In this document: positions 26,197-37,582 of the stretch, one piece after another
Position numbering within the stretch: the stretch's first letter is position 1
Layout of the letters: each line of letters opens with the position of its first letter
NCBI GenBank assembly: GCA_028534125.1
Contig: CM052828.1
Coordinates: 43,028,001-43,092,000, forward strand
Direction of reading: 5' to 3'
Length of the DNA stretch: 64,000 nt
From: Lama glama
Taxonomy: Eukaryota
The notes under the pieces: generated by a model
Seen by the model: the letters and a program-made list of their open reading frames with translations, nothing else
Told to the model about the DNA's origin: nothing
Database searches by the model: none
Program-made: the position numbers and the translations under genes

Positions 26197-26410
26197 ACCT
26201 GACATTTACTGGATGTTTGCTCTGTGCCAGGCACTGTGCTGTGTGTTGTTCATGTATTTTCTCTTTTTATCCTTGCCACGGACTTAAGAGAATAGTAATG
26301 TGATTATCTCTGTTGTGCCAAAAGAAAAAGAAACTGAATCTTAGTGTTTATATAATTTGACTAAGATCCCAAGACTGAGAAATGAACTCAGACTTATCTT
26401 CTTAACCATG
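26197..26410 (-). mobile_element. MIR SINE
   Basis: ACATTTACTG...TGTGCCAGGCACTGTGCT...GAAACTGAA...TAATTTGACTAAGATC. Confidence 0.75.
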
Positions 26411-26854
26411 GGGTGCTAATTTTCTGAGGAGTCAGTGGTGTCAGGCTCTAACTGTGAGTCACCTTTGGAAAAGGGAAACACATCTTATTGTTGGGTCCTC
26501 AGGGGAAAGTTCATGGAGGAGGAGAGCCAATGAAGCAATATAAAAAAGAGAGAGAGAAAGCCATCCCAGAGGCACAGTAGCGGTGCCAGCATCAAAACTA
26601 TCAAACAAACAAACAAAAAAAGGCAGAGCATGTGGAAAACAATATAAAAAGGCAGTTACAGCTTTAAAATTCCAGTTAAGATTTTGGTCTGTGTGGTGCG
26701 TAACCTTTCAGGTATATAATTAGCCTTTTATTCCTTAATTCTGCTTTTCAAAATAAGAGACATGGTTTATCTGACTTTCAAAATTTACCTATGTACGTTA
26801 TTTAAGCTGATATAATTTTATGAATCATTTTTGTTTTTCAAGATGTCAGTTTCA

Positions 26855-26968
26855 GGAGGTGTGGAGGAGGTTGTGGGGAAAGGAGGATGAGGAGGAGAAG
26901 GGAGAGGGGAGGGAAGGGGAAGAAAGAGATGAAGCAGCAGGAGGTGGAGAGTGAGGAGGGGAGGAGAA
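26855..26968. repeat. GA-rich low-complexity purine tract
   Basis: (GGA)n/(GGGGA)n-like run. Confidence 0.85.
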
Positions 26969-27659
26969 CTCAGGTCTCATGTCTCAGTGTCAGAAAATAG
27001 TTCTCAAAGGAAAGGATGCACATTATCTTCTTAAAGGGAAGCTGATTGTCTCCATTTATTTTTATAGCATAGTATATTGACATATCTATTTACCGCTTTT
27101 CAAAAACCTGTCCACACCTGTGCCCTGTGACTCTTCCCATGGTCTGCCACCAGAGAGGGCTCCTCTCCCCACCACCTCTCTCTCCTTCCTCCTCTCTCTT
27201 GCTCTAGTCCTTTCACCATCTTCCAATCTCCTATAGAGCAAGAAGAATAAACCCAATACATTGCATGCTGTGAAGATTCTAAATGACAAGATAAATGCCA
27301 AGGAACTTTACCAGTACTGGCAGGGTATTTCCAGAGCTTAGGGTTTCAATGCTTTAACCTTTAGATGCAAGTAGCTCTTTATCTCTTGATTGACGTGTGT
27401 TCTTCAGTCTTCCTGGTTTCTAACGGTTTTTTAGCAAGCGTTTTACATTTGTCCCTAAAAGTGTATATGCTATTATCTTAACCCCTGTACCTTTTTTAAC
27501 ACAAATTCCTTTTTCAAGTTGGAGCTAGACTACAGAAGGGAAAACACTGAGAAAAGCAGGCATACCAATAGCTATTCATAACTGAAATTGGTCCTTATCC
27601 CTTTCTGACTTTTGACACTTTTATTTATACTAACCTTAATTTATCATTGCCTAAAAATT

Positions 27660-28185
27660 ACTGTCAATTACAAATTACATTTTGCTGCTGTCATAGACAC
27701 TGCACTACAAAGATTAGATGCAACATGATTTGTTCTTTCACATAAAAGAACCCCAGGGGAAACAGTAGATGGTTGGCTTGGTCACTCTGTACAATCAACT
27801 AAGATCAAGGCTTCTTCTGTCTTTCTGCTCTGTCATCTGTCATGGGTCATTTCCGCCCGCCAGTTTACAAGCTGGCTGCTGTAGCTTCATCTATAGTATA
27901 AAATTTCCAGAAAGGAGAGGAAAGGAAGAGGAGAAAGCAAAAGAAGGCCCATTACAGAATCTCTGTCCCACATTTTACCGAGGGGCCTTCTCAACAGAAC
28001 CACCCAACATTTTTCACATATCTCTGGCCAGAATTAAATATATGGCCATACCAACCTGCAAAAGGAGCTTGAAATATGTAATCTTTTTAATGGGCATATT
28101 GCCACCGTGAATAAAATTAGGATTCTTTCATTAAGAAGGAAAAGGAGAATGGAAATAGCGTTGGCAGCACCTAGTCCCTGACGTA
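27660..28185 (-). mobile_element. MLT1J/K-like MaLR solo LTR
   Basis: TGGCCAGAATT...ATGGCCA...GGGCATATTGCCACCGTGAATAAAATTAGGATTCT...AAGGAGAATGGA. Confidence 0.85.
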
Positions 28186-28296
28186 ATCATGCCATTTTTT
28201 ATCCTTAATGTAAGAGTCATGATTGTCTCAGTGAAAAATGACTTTAGACATAACTTGAACTCATTCCCTAATATTAGAAATGAGGTCATTTACTTG

Positions 28297-28600
28297 TTAA
28301 CATTTAATAAGTAGTAACTTATGTGACAGGCAATGTGCTAAGTAATTTATACGCAGAATCTTATTTCATGTCCCTACTATGTCTGCGATGATGGCATCAC
28401 CACTTATTAGCTGTGATTTTGGTTAAGGCATTTAACACCAAGTCTTAGTCTACACATAGAATTGTAGGGATAGTAAATATGAAATATCAGCCTTTAAGCT
28501 CCAAGTGAGTAAGGACTGGGTACTCCTAATACATACCATGTCCAGGATGGTATTTGATGCATGAAAGGTACCCAGTTAAATGTTTTGATTAATGAAAGGA
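28297..28600. mobile_element. Cluster of short MIR (both strands) and L2 tail fragments
   Basis: TATGTGACAGGCAATGTGCTAAG; CCACTTATTAGCTGTGA; TAAGCTCCAAGTGAGTAAGGAC...AAATGTTTTGATTAATGAA. Confidence 0.55.
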
Positions 28601-28784
28601 ACGTCACACTGCTAGCGTGATTTGAAGCAATTATATCTGACTTCAGAGACTGGGCTTTGAATCACACTGCATTGCCTTATTTTCTTTCTTTTTTTGGTCA
28701 AAATCTCTTGCTTTGCTTTTTATTTATTCATTACATTGCATTTCCCATAGTACTTTTTTTTCACGAAATAGTTTATTTGAAACC

Positions 28785-29209
28785 TCATGAAATTAGAATA
28801 TTTTTTATTGCAAGTGAAAGAAATCCAATTCAAACAAGCTTAAACAAAAGAGAAATGCATTGCAGGGATACTGGGACTTGCCAAGAAATCCAAGGATATG
28901 AATGTGCTTGATCCTCAAGAACAACCAGAAACGATTCCAGCAGAGTCAGCACTTTCTCATCCATACATCTGTTCTTCTCTTTGCATTTTCATTTTCCTTT
29001 CTCACTCTGCAATTTGTCATATTATGCTTTGCTGTTCCCTAAGCAGGAAATATCCCAATATTTGCAGCACCCAAACTGTATGTTGTATCTTCAGTGATTA
29101 AAAAGAAACAGAGTCTCATGGTTATGTTCATAAAATTCTCAGGGAACTCTAAGTGGCTGAGGGTGTGTGAGGTGCCTGCCTCCGGTGAATACATAGAGAT
29201 GAAGGGGAC
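28785..29209 (-). mobile_element. Old MaLR LTR (MLT1K/L-like), interrupted by the ERV-L provirus
   Basis: TTGCAAGTGAAAGAAATCCAATTCAAACAAGCTTAAACAAAAG is the typical reverse-strand start of these LTRs; GGAACTCTAAGTGGCTGAGGGTGTGTGAGGTGCC lies just before the breakpoint. Confidence 0.7.
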
Positions 29210-29379
29210 TGTAATGACCAAATTTATGTGTCAACTTAGCTAGACCATAATTCCCAGGTATTCAATCAAACACTAATTTAGGTTTGCTGTGAAGTTACTT
29301 GGTACACGTGATTAAAGTTCATAATCAGTTGACTTTCAGTAAAGGAAGATTATGCTAAGTAATTGCATGGAGCTGAGGT

Positions 29380-30330
29380 TGCTGACTTGCAAACCACTGA
29401 TGAGTCTCCTCAAGATCTACACCCACAACCCCTGTTTGCTTCTAGACCTACAACTAGACTCAAGTCTCAGTGGGCCCCGAAGGGTGAAGTAAAAACTATA
29501 ACCCATAAGGCTGTGTACTACACACCAAAGAATTGTATACTGACAGATGTATACTGACAGAAATCTGCAAAATGTGTTTGGGAATGGATCTTAAGAATTT
29601 GAGATCATGGTTGAAGGAACAGGAAGTTACATCAGGTTAAATTTTTTGATGTGGGCTCACTTGCAGATGTTCTGGATTTGGTGTTTTAGCTTGAGGAATT
29701 AGAAATGTCTCTACAGTTTAGGGCTGAAACCCTAAGGTATCCATCACCAGAAATGCCTTCTCATACTATAAAGGAAAGTACCCAAAGGCTTAGTGAGATT
29801 GGGATGTTAGAGTGAATTTATCATGTAAGGACTGTTCATACATCCTTGATGGTCCAGAGGACACACCTTTCACTAAAACTCAGGAAAAAATTGTGAGGAA
29901 GGCCTCAAAATCTTTGAAAAGCCTGTGGTTGCTGTTCTCTGTAGATCATAACTGACAGTGGGAACTGCTACCATCTGACTGGGTTTCCTAAATGCAATGG
30001 GCATAATGTGAACCCAGAATAGCACAATCCAGATGGTGGCACTTACTTGGCAAAGACATGGTAGATAATGTTTGACTTTATAGACAGTAGAGTCAAAGCA
30101 GACTGAATAATCTGACTCCCAGAAAGGTCTGGAGACATTTAGTTGAATATGATGACCTTAAAAAAAGAAATAAAGGGAAAGGCTACTAAAATCTTTTTTG
30201 ATCTGTATAAGAAGAAGAGTTCTAGGTCAAGTGCGCAGAAGTCTAACTTAAGCACTGAGTCCATGCCTCTCAATCAACTCTCAGACTTGAGCCAGTTTAC
30301 AGACACAGAACTCCTCTTGAGGAAGGACCC
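29380..30330 (+). pseudogene. ERV-L gag remnant
   Basis: ORF 29363 PLFASRPTTRLKSQWAPKGEVKTITHKAVYYTPK, then WEWILRI*DHG. ORF 30143 EIKGKATKIFFDLYKKKSSRSS..PLNQLSDLSQFTD. Multiple stops and frameshifts. Confidence 0.85.
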
Positions 30331-30436
30331 TGCTATACTGCCAAAGATGTGTGCTGTTAACCTTTCTCCCAGTTGTCCCCAAAAGACTTCAGGTGACTTA
30401 CTGGGATGACAGCATTAGGGAAAGGAAGATAACAAT

Positions 30437-32240
30437 TTTAGGGGGTTACTGGAAACTGTCTTTGAACTGAAATTAATCCCTGGAGACATAAAGCATCATT
30501 GTTTCCACCATTCAGAGTAGGGGCTTATGGAGGTCAGATGATCAGTGGAGTTTTAGCTCAGATAGTACTGTTGTTTACTAAATATATTCTGTGGGGACTT
30601 CCCAGGTTCTAGAATACATAATTGCAATAGACATACTTAGCAACTGGCAGAATTTCCCCATTGGTTCCCTAAAGTATGAAGTGAAGTCTATTATGGTGAG
30701 AAAGACCAAGTGGAAGCCACTAGAACTGTCTTTACCTAGGAAAAAAAAGTAAACCAAAAGCAATACTGCATCCCTGGAGGAATTTCAGAGATTGCTATCA
30801 TCAGGGATCTGGAGGAATGGAGGTGGTCATTCTCACCAGACCCTTTTAAGTATTTATGTGGCCTGTGCAGGAAACAGATCTTGGAGGTTGATAGTAGATT
30901 ATCATGTGCTTAGCAGGTGGTAGAGTCCATTGTAGCTGCTCCTCTACTTGCAGTTTCATTGCTTAAGCAAATCAGCATGTCCCCTAAAACTGGTATGCAG
31001 CTATTGATCTGGCAAATGTTGTTCTCTGAATATGTATTAGTAAATGCTTTCAGCTGGTAAGGGCAGCAGTACTATTATATTCACTCTTCTACCTGAGTGG
31101 TATATCAACTCTCCAGACCTGAATCATAATTTACTCCATGAGTACCTTGATTGCCTTTTCCTTCCACAAGATATCATACTGGTTTATTCTACTGATACTA
31201 TGCTGATTAGAACTGGTGAGCAGGAAGTGGCAACTATACTTGATGTATTAGTGAAACATCTGTGCGTCAGACAGTTGGAAATAAATCCAACAAAAATTGA
31301 GGGGCTTGTTATGGTAGTTATATTTCTAGGACTCCATGGGGCTGGGGCGGAACTTTGGGCAGTGCACCTGAATGTTCATGTTGCCTGGAAGGAGAAATGA
31401 CCAGAGGCACAAGTCTATAGAAATTCATTGGCTATACCACTATGTGTGGGCAAAGAATGTGAAGATACTTGTATACCATATGATTGTGCATGAAATGGTG
31501 ACCTCAGAGGAAGATTCTAAAGATCAAGTGGAAAAAGGTACCCATTCTTTGAATATAAGTCAGTCTTTTCCCCTAGCCACTCCTGTCATTGCCCAGTGGG
31601 CTCGTGAACAGATTGACCATGGTGGCAAGGAATGGAGATTGTACATAAGCTTAGCAACATATACGTATACCCATCAAGGCCAACTTGACTACAGATACTG
31701 CTGATTGTCCACTCTGCCAGATAGAGAGAATTAAGCTAAGTCTCCTAGAATAAAGCTGAACCCCCAAACTGATCAGCCAACTACTTGGTGATGGACTGAT
31801 TACATTGGACAGCTGCCATCTTTTTCTATGATGAACTTCACTCCTGCTAGAATAGACAATTCCTCTGGATATTGAGTGCCTCTAGAAAGGTAAATCCATA
31901 CCTCTGCCAAAGCTGCCACCCAGAGATTTAACAGAATACCTTGTCCTCCACAGTGGGATTCCACTCAGCACTGCTTCTGATCAAGGAATTCACTTGGCAG
32001 CAAATAAAGTATGGCAGTGCGCCCATGATCATGAAGTTCACTGATCTTACCAGGTTTGTATCATCCTGAAATTAATGGTAAAGTAGCCTTCTTAAGGCTC
32101 AGTTACAGTACTGGATAGATTGGCAATATCTTACGGGACCTAGGCAGTGTCCCCCAGGTGGCTGTATATGATCGAAATTAGCCTTTATTCTATAGGGCAG
32201 CTTCTTCTACAGCCGGCATTCACTGATCCAGTAATCAAGG
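30437..32240 (+). pseudogene. ERV-L pro-pol remnant (protease, RT, RNase H, integrase)
   Basis: FRGLLETVFELKLIPGD at 30437 (catalytic DTG lost). QYCIPGG and WYAAIDLAN motifs. ORF 31044 FTLLPEWYINSP...ILVYSTDTMLIRTGEQEV (YIDD lost) joined by a deletion to RNase H AELWAVHL. Integrase motifs WAREQIDHGG, CPLCQ, DYIGQLP, GIPLSTASDQG. Confidence 0.9.
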
Positions 32241-32241
32241 A

Positions 32242-32800
32242 TTGCCCGTGGGAGTAGTCCCATTCACTGTTACACCAGCTAATTTACTAGCAAATTTTTT
32301 GTGTCCCATCCCCATGACCTTAGGCTTTCCTGGTCTAGAGGCCCTAGTTCCAAAGGGAAGATTGTGTCCACAGGGAGACACAATAGTAATTCAACTGCAT
32401 GGGAAGCTAAGAATGCCACTTGGCCACACTAGACTCTGCCTGACTCTGAATTCCCAGGCTGAGGTGACAGTGACTGTGCTGTCTGGGTTGCTGATCCTGA
32501 TTACCCAGGGGGAATTGGGTTTATACTACAGAATGAGAGTGAGGAAGAGTATGTCTGGAATACAGAATATTCCCTAAGGTATCTCTCAGTGTCATCATGT
32601 CTTGTGATTGAAGTCAGTGGAAAATTATAACCACTCAATTCAGACAGGTCTGCTAATGGCCCAGACCCTTGAGGAATGAAATTTTGGGGAATTCTACAAG
32701 GCAAATAACCGTGAACAGCTGAGGTGCTTTTTGAGGGCCAAGGGCATATGAAATTGGTAGGGAAGAAAGTAGTTATAAATACTGCTGTAACCATGTGACC
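32242..32800 (+). pseudogene. ERV-L dUTPase remnant downstream of integrase
   Basis: ORF 32242 FTVTPANLLANFLCPIPMTLGFPGLEALVPKGRLCPQGDTIVIQLHGKLRMPLGH...VTVLSG, frameshifted into DPDY. Confidence 0.8.
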
Positions 32801-32857
32801 AGTTGCAGAAATGAAGATTGTAATAGTTATGTGTATTTCTTATTTTATTATAAATGT

Positions 32858-33463
32858 AATGTGGAATCAAAAAAAAAAGACACAAATGAATTTATTTGCA
32901 AAACAGATAGATATACAAGTTTCTTTTTGGGGGGGGTACTTTTATTTATTTATTTATTTGTTTGTTTTTTTCACCAGGGTCTTGAAATTTTTTTTTCACA
33001 TTTTTTTCTCTGTGATTTATCATAACATTTTGTGTATATTTCCCTGTGCTATACAGTGTAATCTTGTTTATCTATTCTACAATTTTGAAATCCCAGTCTA
33101 TCCCTTCCCACCCTCTCCCCCCCCCACCCCCGGTAACCACAAGTCTGTATTCTCTGTCCATGAGTCTATTTCTGTCCTGTATTTATGCTTTGTTTTTGTT
33201 TGTTTGTTTGTTTTTGTTTTTTAGATTCCACATATGAGCGATCTCATATGGTATTTTTCTTTCTCTTTCTGGCTTACTTCACTTAGAATGACATTCTTAG
33301 GATATACAAGTTTCTATAGCACAGGGAACTATATTCAACATCTTGTAGTAACGTAGAATGAAAAAGAATATGAAAATGAATATATGTATGTATGACTAAA
33401 ACAATATACTGTGCCCCAGAAATTGACACAACATTGTAAACTGACTATACTTCAATAAAAAAG
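32858..33463 (+). mobile_element. Artiodactyl L1 3' end inserted in the ERV-L and split by a younger L1
   Basis: ATGTGGAATCAAAAAAAAAAGACACAAATGAATTTATTTGCAAAACAGA ... TATAGCACAGGGAACTATATTCAA...CATTGTAAACTGACTATACTTCAATAAAAAA. Confidence 0.9.
32925..33300 (-). mobile_element. Young camelid-type L1 3' fragment with an atypical tail
   Basis: Perfect 15-bp TSD GATATACAAGTTTCT at 32910-32924 and 33301-33315. Body TTTAGATTCCACATATGAGCGATCTCATATGGTATTTTTCTTTCTCTTTCTGGCTTACTTCACTTAGAATGACATTC. Confidence 0.92.
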
Positions 33464-33820
33464 AGCAAAATAATGAATGTATATATGTGTATAAATATAT
33501 ACACACACATGTATATATATTAGCCACCCACACTAGATATTTGTTTTTCATATTTTATCCGCTTGTCATCTAAGGTGGGAGGTACTAATGATAGTTACCT
33601 TATATCATAGTATTTAATGTAAAACATATTAAAGGGGAAGTGTGAGCATTACCTCAAGACCCTGTATCCTCTTTTAGGGAAAGGATTAGTCTGTTTTTGG
33701 ACTTATGCAGGATAGTTGTATCTTGGTTTGTGGACGTGTGACTTTGTTATTGCATTTATTTAAGAATTAAACTTGGTTTAATGAGATGTGTATGTCAACC
33801 CAAGTTGACACGGGGTGGAC

Positions 33821-34212
33821 TGAGACTGTGTTACATTTTAACTTGTGAGGCTGTTGCCCTCAGGTAATCAGTCAAACGTCAGTCTAGGGGATGTAGTGAA
33901 GGCATTTCATAGGTGTGATTAAACTCCAGTCAGTTGACTTTATAAGTGAGATTATCCCAGTTAATCTGGGTGAGCCTGGTTCAGTCTGTTGAAAAGCCCT
34001 GAGAGCAGAACCGAGGTTTCCATGCAGAAGAAACTCTGGCTGTGGACAGCAGCTCCAGTTAGGTCTGAGGGTTCCTTCCTGCCCTTGTGGTCTATGAATC
34101 TGGGGACTTCCCTTGCCAGTCCCCACAAGAGTATAAGGAAATTTCTTGCGATAAATCTCTTAAAATATATTTCCTATTGCTCTGTTTCGCGGGTTGTACT
34201 ATGCCCAAAACG
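33821..34212 (+). mobile_element. MLT2 3' LTR
   Basis: Shares TCAAAC...GTGATTAAA...TCAGTTGACTTT...AGATTAT with the 5' LTR; ends ATAAATCTCTT...CCTATTGCTCTGTTTC. Confidence 0.9.
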
Positions 34213-34711
34213 TGGACCGAGTTACACTGCACGTAGTAGACGCTGCAGTGGGAACAAGGCATAGAATGGAGCAGGGGGCAATTTAAGGAGGTGAGTGAGT
34301 CCAGGGGGAGGGTGTGGGTGTGGGATTAGCATGGAGGGAGGTTGGAAAGATAAACCCAGTGAGTGGTCTATAGGTTTTATTCTGACCTTTGTGCTAAGCC
34401 CGGAATCAATATTTATGCTGCTTTATACTGTGTAGAAAATTCTGCATAACGGATCTAATCTTTTCACTGTATTTGCATGTATCTATCCATTTTTTTGTAC
34501 AAGATTTCCAAATTGTTCACATTATTGTTTAATTTAGCAGAGTGGAGATAATGCTCAAATTTAAGAATTATTTTTGGTTTACCTTTTCACTCATGATCAT
34601 AAACTCAGAATTTTTAGTTCTCCAACCAATCATCTGAAATGTAACTGTAGTCTCTATAGACATCTAGGGACATATTCTAGAGAATTATGTTATTTAAAAG
34701 ATATATATTTA

Positions 34712-34856
34712 GGGGAAGGGTGTATCTCAGGGGTAGAGTGTGTGCTTAGCATGCATGAGGTCCTGGGCTCAATCCCAGTACCTCCATTAAAATAAATAAA
34801 TAAATAAACAAACAAACAAACAAACTCAATTACCTCCCCCAGAACAAAACAAAAAA
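34712..34856 (+). mobile_element. tRNA-Ala(AGC)-derived camelid SINE (vic-1 type) with extended tail
   Basis: GGGGAAGGGTGTATCTCAGGGGTAGAGTGTGTGCTTAGCATGCATGAGGTCCTGGGCTCAATCCCAGTACCTCCA, then (AAAT)n(AAAC)n and AATTACCTCCCCC. TSD ATATATATTTA at 34701-34711 and 34857-34867. Confidence 0.93.
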
Positions 34857-35939
34857 ATATATATTTAAATTGAGACTATAGTTTTTTTTTTTGTTTGTTT
34901 GTTTTAAACTCTTTACCATCTATGTTTTTGACGCTGGGCATTCCAGTACATATGGTAGCCATTCATCCTTTATTTTCTAAGCTTTTTACTCTTCATGTGT
35001 TCCCTTTTCCGTTACTTTTGCGGTAGCAAAATTGCTGCTGAATTATCCACTAACTTTTGTCAGCAACTGCACTTCCTTAAAAAAAAATCCCATGCTAGCT
35101 CAAGGCAAAATGAGCAGAGATTGCCAGTGTTTTCAGAAGCTCCATTACATAATGAACAGAGAAAGAAAATTAGGCTTAAAGAAAATTAAAGCACTAGCAA
35201 AACAAGGTCTTCTGGCAGGAAAATTTCTGCTGAGACTTAATGTGTTCTTCTGAGATGCAAAATGAATTTTCTGTAGTGATGAGGCTCTTCCTTATAGTTA
35301 AACATCAACAAAACAATTAGAATACATTATTTTTGTTTTAAGTATATATCTTTAGGAATATGACTAAGGGGGAAAACGAAGTAAGAGGAAGGAAGGGGTG
35401 AAATAAGCAAGGAAGGGTTTTCTACCTTAAATTCTTGCTGCGTATCAGTGCCTATTTTAAAATTACTGGAGGGAAAAAATAAGTTCTTGAAACAGTAATA
35501 TTCAATCTGTGGCAACTCGATGCATAATTCAGTCTGTCTCACAATCGACTATCTGATTCCCAGGAATCATTTTGAATGTTATCTTCTCAAACAGCAATTT
35601 TGCCTTTTGGAAAGCTAATTTCAAATAGACTAGGATGCCTTTGCGGTCTGTTAACAATAATAGCAGATAACAAAAGAAGGAAAGAGAGAGGGAAAGATGG
35701 GCGAGGGGAGGGTGGAAGATGAAGGAAGTTAGTTAATTTCCAGAGTCCGGGGTGTTAAGTCCAAAGTACTCAGTTTTACTCTAATTCATATTTACTCTCC
35801 TTGTGTCTGTGTCATCGACTTCGGCATACTTTTGTGCCATCTGTGTTCTGTGTTTATTCCTGATTTAAATAATGTCTTTTAAAAGATTCATCTAAAGCAT
35901 TTTGAAGTTTATATTTAGATCCATGATAATGTTCAAAGC

Positions 35940-36330
35940 TTCAGATTCATTAGTATCTCTCCTGGAAGAGGAACCTAAAATAATATTAAAAATTTCAAAA
36001 AAATATATATGCACTAAACCAGCTATTACTGTAGACTTATTTTTAATAGAGAAAATTTGGAAGAAAAATGGCTAGGTATCAGGAAACAGTAAATTGCAGA
36101 ACATGAATTCAGGGGAAGAGTGTGCCCTTACTAAAATGGTGATTAGAAACACAAGGTAGCAAAATGTTTGTGGTTAAGCTGAGTGAAAAAAGACAGCATA
36201 AACCTCTCCGTCAGTTATAATTAGTGTGAAGAAGCCGTGTGCAGATGGGGATGCACACAACGGGCAGTGAAGGAAGAAGCGGCTGCTGAGTTTGAGTAGT
36301 GGAATAGTGAGTAAGATTCCAAGGAGGTTT
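35940..36330 (+). mobile_element. Old L1 (L1ME-like) ORF2-end/3' UTR fragment
   Basis: TTATTTTTAATAGAGAAAATTTGGAA...GTAAATTG...TTAAGCTGAGTGAAAAAAGACAG pattern. Confidence 0.5.
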
Positions 36331-37129
36331 TTTTTAGACAATAAATGAAAATGAAAAGAAAGTTTGAACCCATGTGGATTTTCAAAATTTTAATTTCTGA
36401 TAAGATAATTGGTACTTCGTTTTTGCTATTTAATTTTCTAGATCACTCTCTTCTCTGCTTTGACTTCTCTTTCACTTTATGCACATCGTTTCATCAGTTG
36501 GCTCACATGCCAGTTGTTACCGTTTTGATTTTTGATATTTATTCTCAAGTTCGGACCCATCATGTTCCTCCACTCTCATTTTATAACATATTTCCTAAGG
36601 TCCAAATAATATTATTAGGGAGGAAAGAAATACAGCTAGAAGGAAGAAAAGAAACAGAAGCAGAAAATACGACTGTGATGCAGGCTCTTGAAGGTCACAG
36701 AATTAAATTATCCGAAGGAAAGCTTTGATCAAGCAGTGTCAGATAGACCTGAAAAATAATCACACACAAACTTATGATAGATAAGCACCACAAAAAGCTA
36801 GGGTACAGGAAGTACACCCACATACACATACGTGCATACACACAGACACCAAGGAAACATAAATAGAGTTTGGGTTCAAAGAAGACATCCATAAATATCT
36901 GATATTTACGGCCATTTATAAAAGACAGAAAGAAATTATCCAAGGTGAAAGAAAGGAAGTGACCATCAAAGGATAAATGAAACTTCTTGTGTGACAGACA
37001 TATACACACCCACACGTATAAATATAGTGATGAAATCATGTCCCTAGGAACTTAGAATGTACAAGAAACTCACATACTGGAACTGTCATTAGGACAAAGG
37101 AGTAAGGGAGAGTCTAGTGTTCTTAGTCA

Positions 37130-37580
37130 AGGCCCGGCACTGAGGTATGATCCAATCTGCCATGGTAAGAATTTAGGACATTTAGCCTAAAAATAAGGAA
37201 AGCCACTGAAATATTTTATGTAAGAAACAAAAGCTAAAACTCATGTATTCAAAGGCTGTCAGAAAGCTTTGTAGAGAATCATTTGGAAGTCAGCAAGAGT
37301 TAGTGTGCACAGATCCACTAGAAAGATACTGCAGGAGACCAAGAAATCATAGCGGCTTAGACCAGGTGCTGGCATGAAGGTAGCAAAATTTTGTATTGAA
37401 ATGTTTTTGACATAGAATTCATTAGATTTGGTTAAAGCAAAGGAATTCAGATCAAAACTGAGAAACTTTAACATTTAAAATTTTGGTTAATAAATACAGA
37501 TCAAGGGAAGAGAATGAGGAGAAGTGGCAAAGATGCAGAAATAAGTTGTTAAAGGCATTCATGAAGGGAGTTATCAGTTA
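37130..37580 (-). mobile_element. L2 fragment
   Basis: GCCATGGTAAGAATTTAGGA...GGAAAGCCACTGAA...GGCTTAGACCAGG. Confidence 0.65.
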
Positions 37581-37582
37581 GG

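Larger units (their letters stand above)
29210..34212 (+). mobile_element. ERV-L provirus with MLT2(C/D-like) LTRs; internally deleted and non-coding
   Basis: 5' LTR begins TGTAATGACCAAATTTATGTGTCAACTT (29210 to about 29372). Gag-pro-RT-RNaseH-IN-dUTPase order with no env. PPT CCAAGTTGACACGGGGTGGAC at 33800-33820, 3' LTR 33821-34212, TSD GGGAC (29205-29209) / TGGAC (34213-34217). Confidence 0.95.

Noticed and set aside
31044-32577. Domesticated or functional retroviral ORFs (118, 110 and 111 aa)
   Set aside because: Catalytic motifs are lost, frames are fragmented by stops and frameshifts, and internal deletions fuse domains.
32811-33237. Hydrophobic, membrane-protein-like ORFs (137, 76 and 63 aa)
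   Set aside because: They translate the T-rich antisense strand of an L1 3' UTR and its tail.
36345-37039. 127-aa (+) and 114-aa (-) ORFs
   Set aside because: Low-complexity F/L/I-rich translations with no homology I can recognise.
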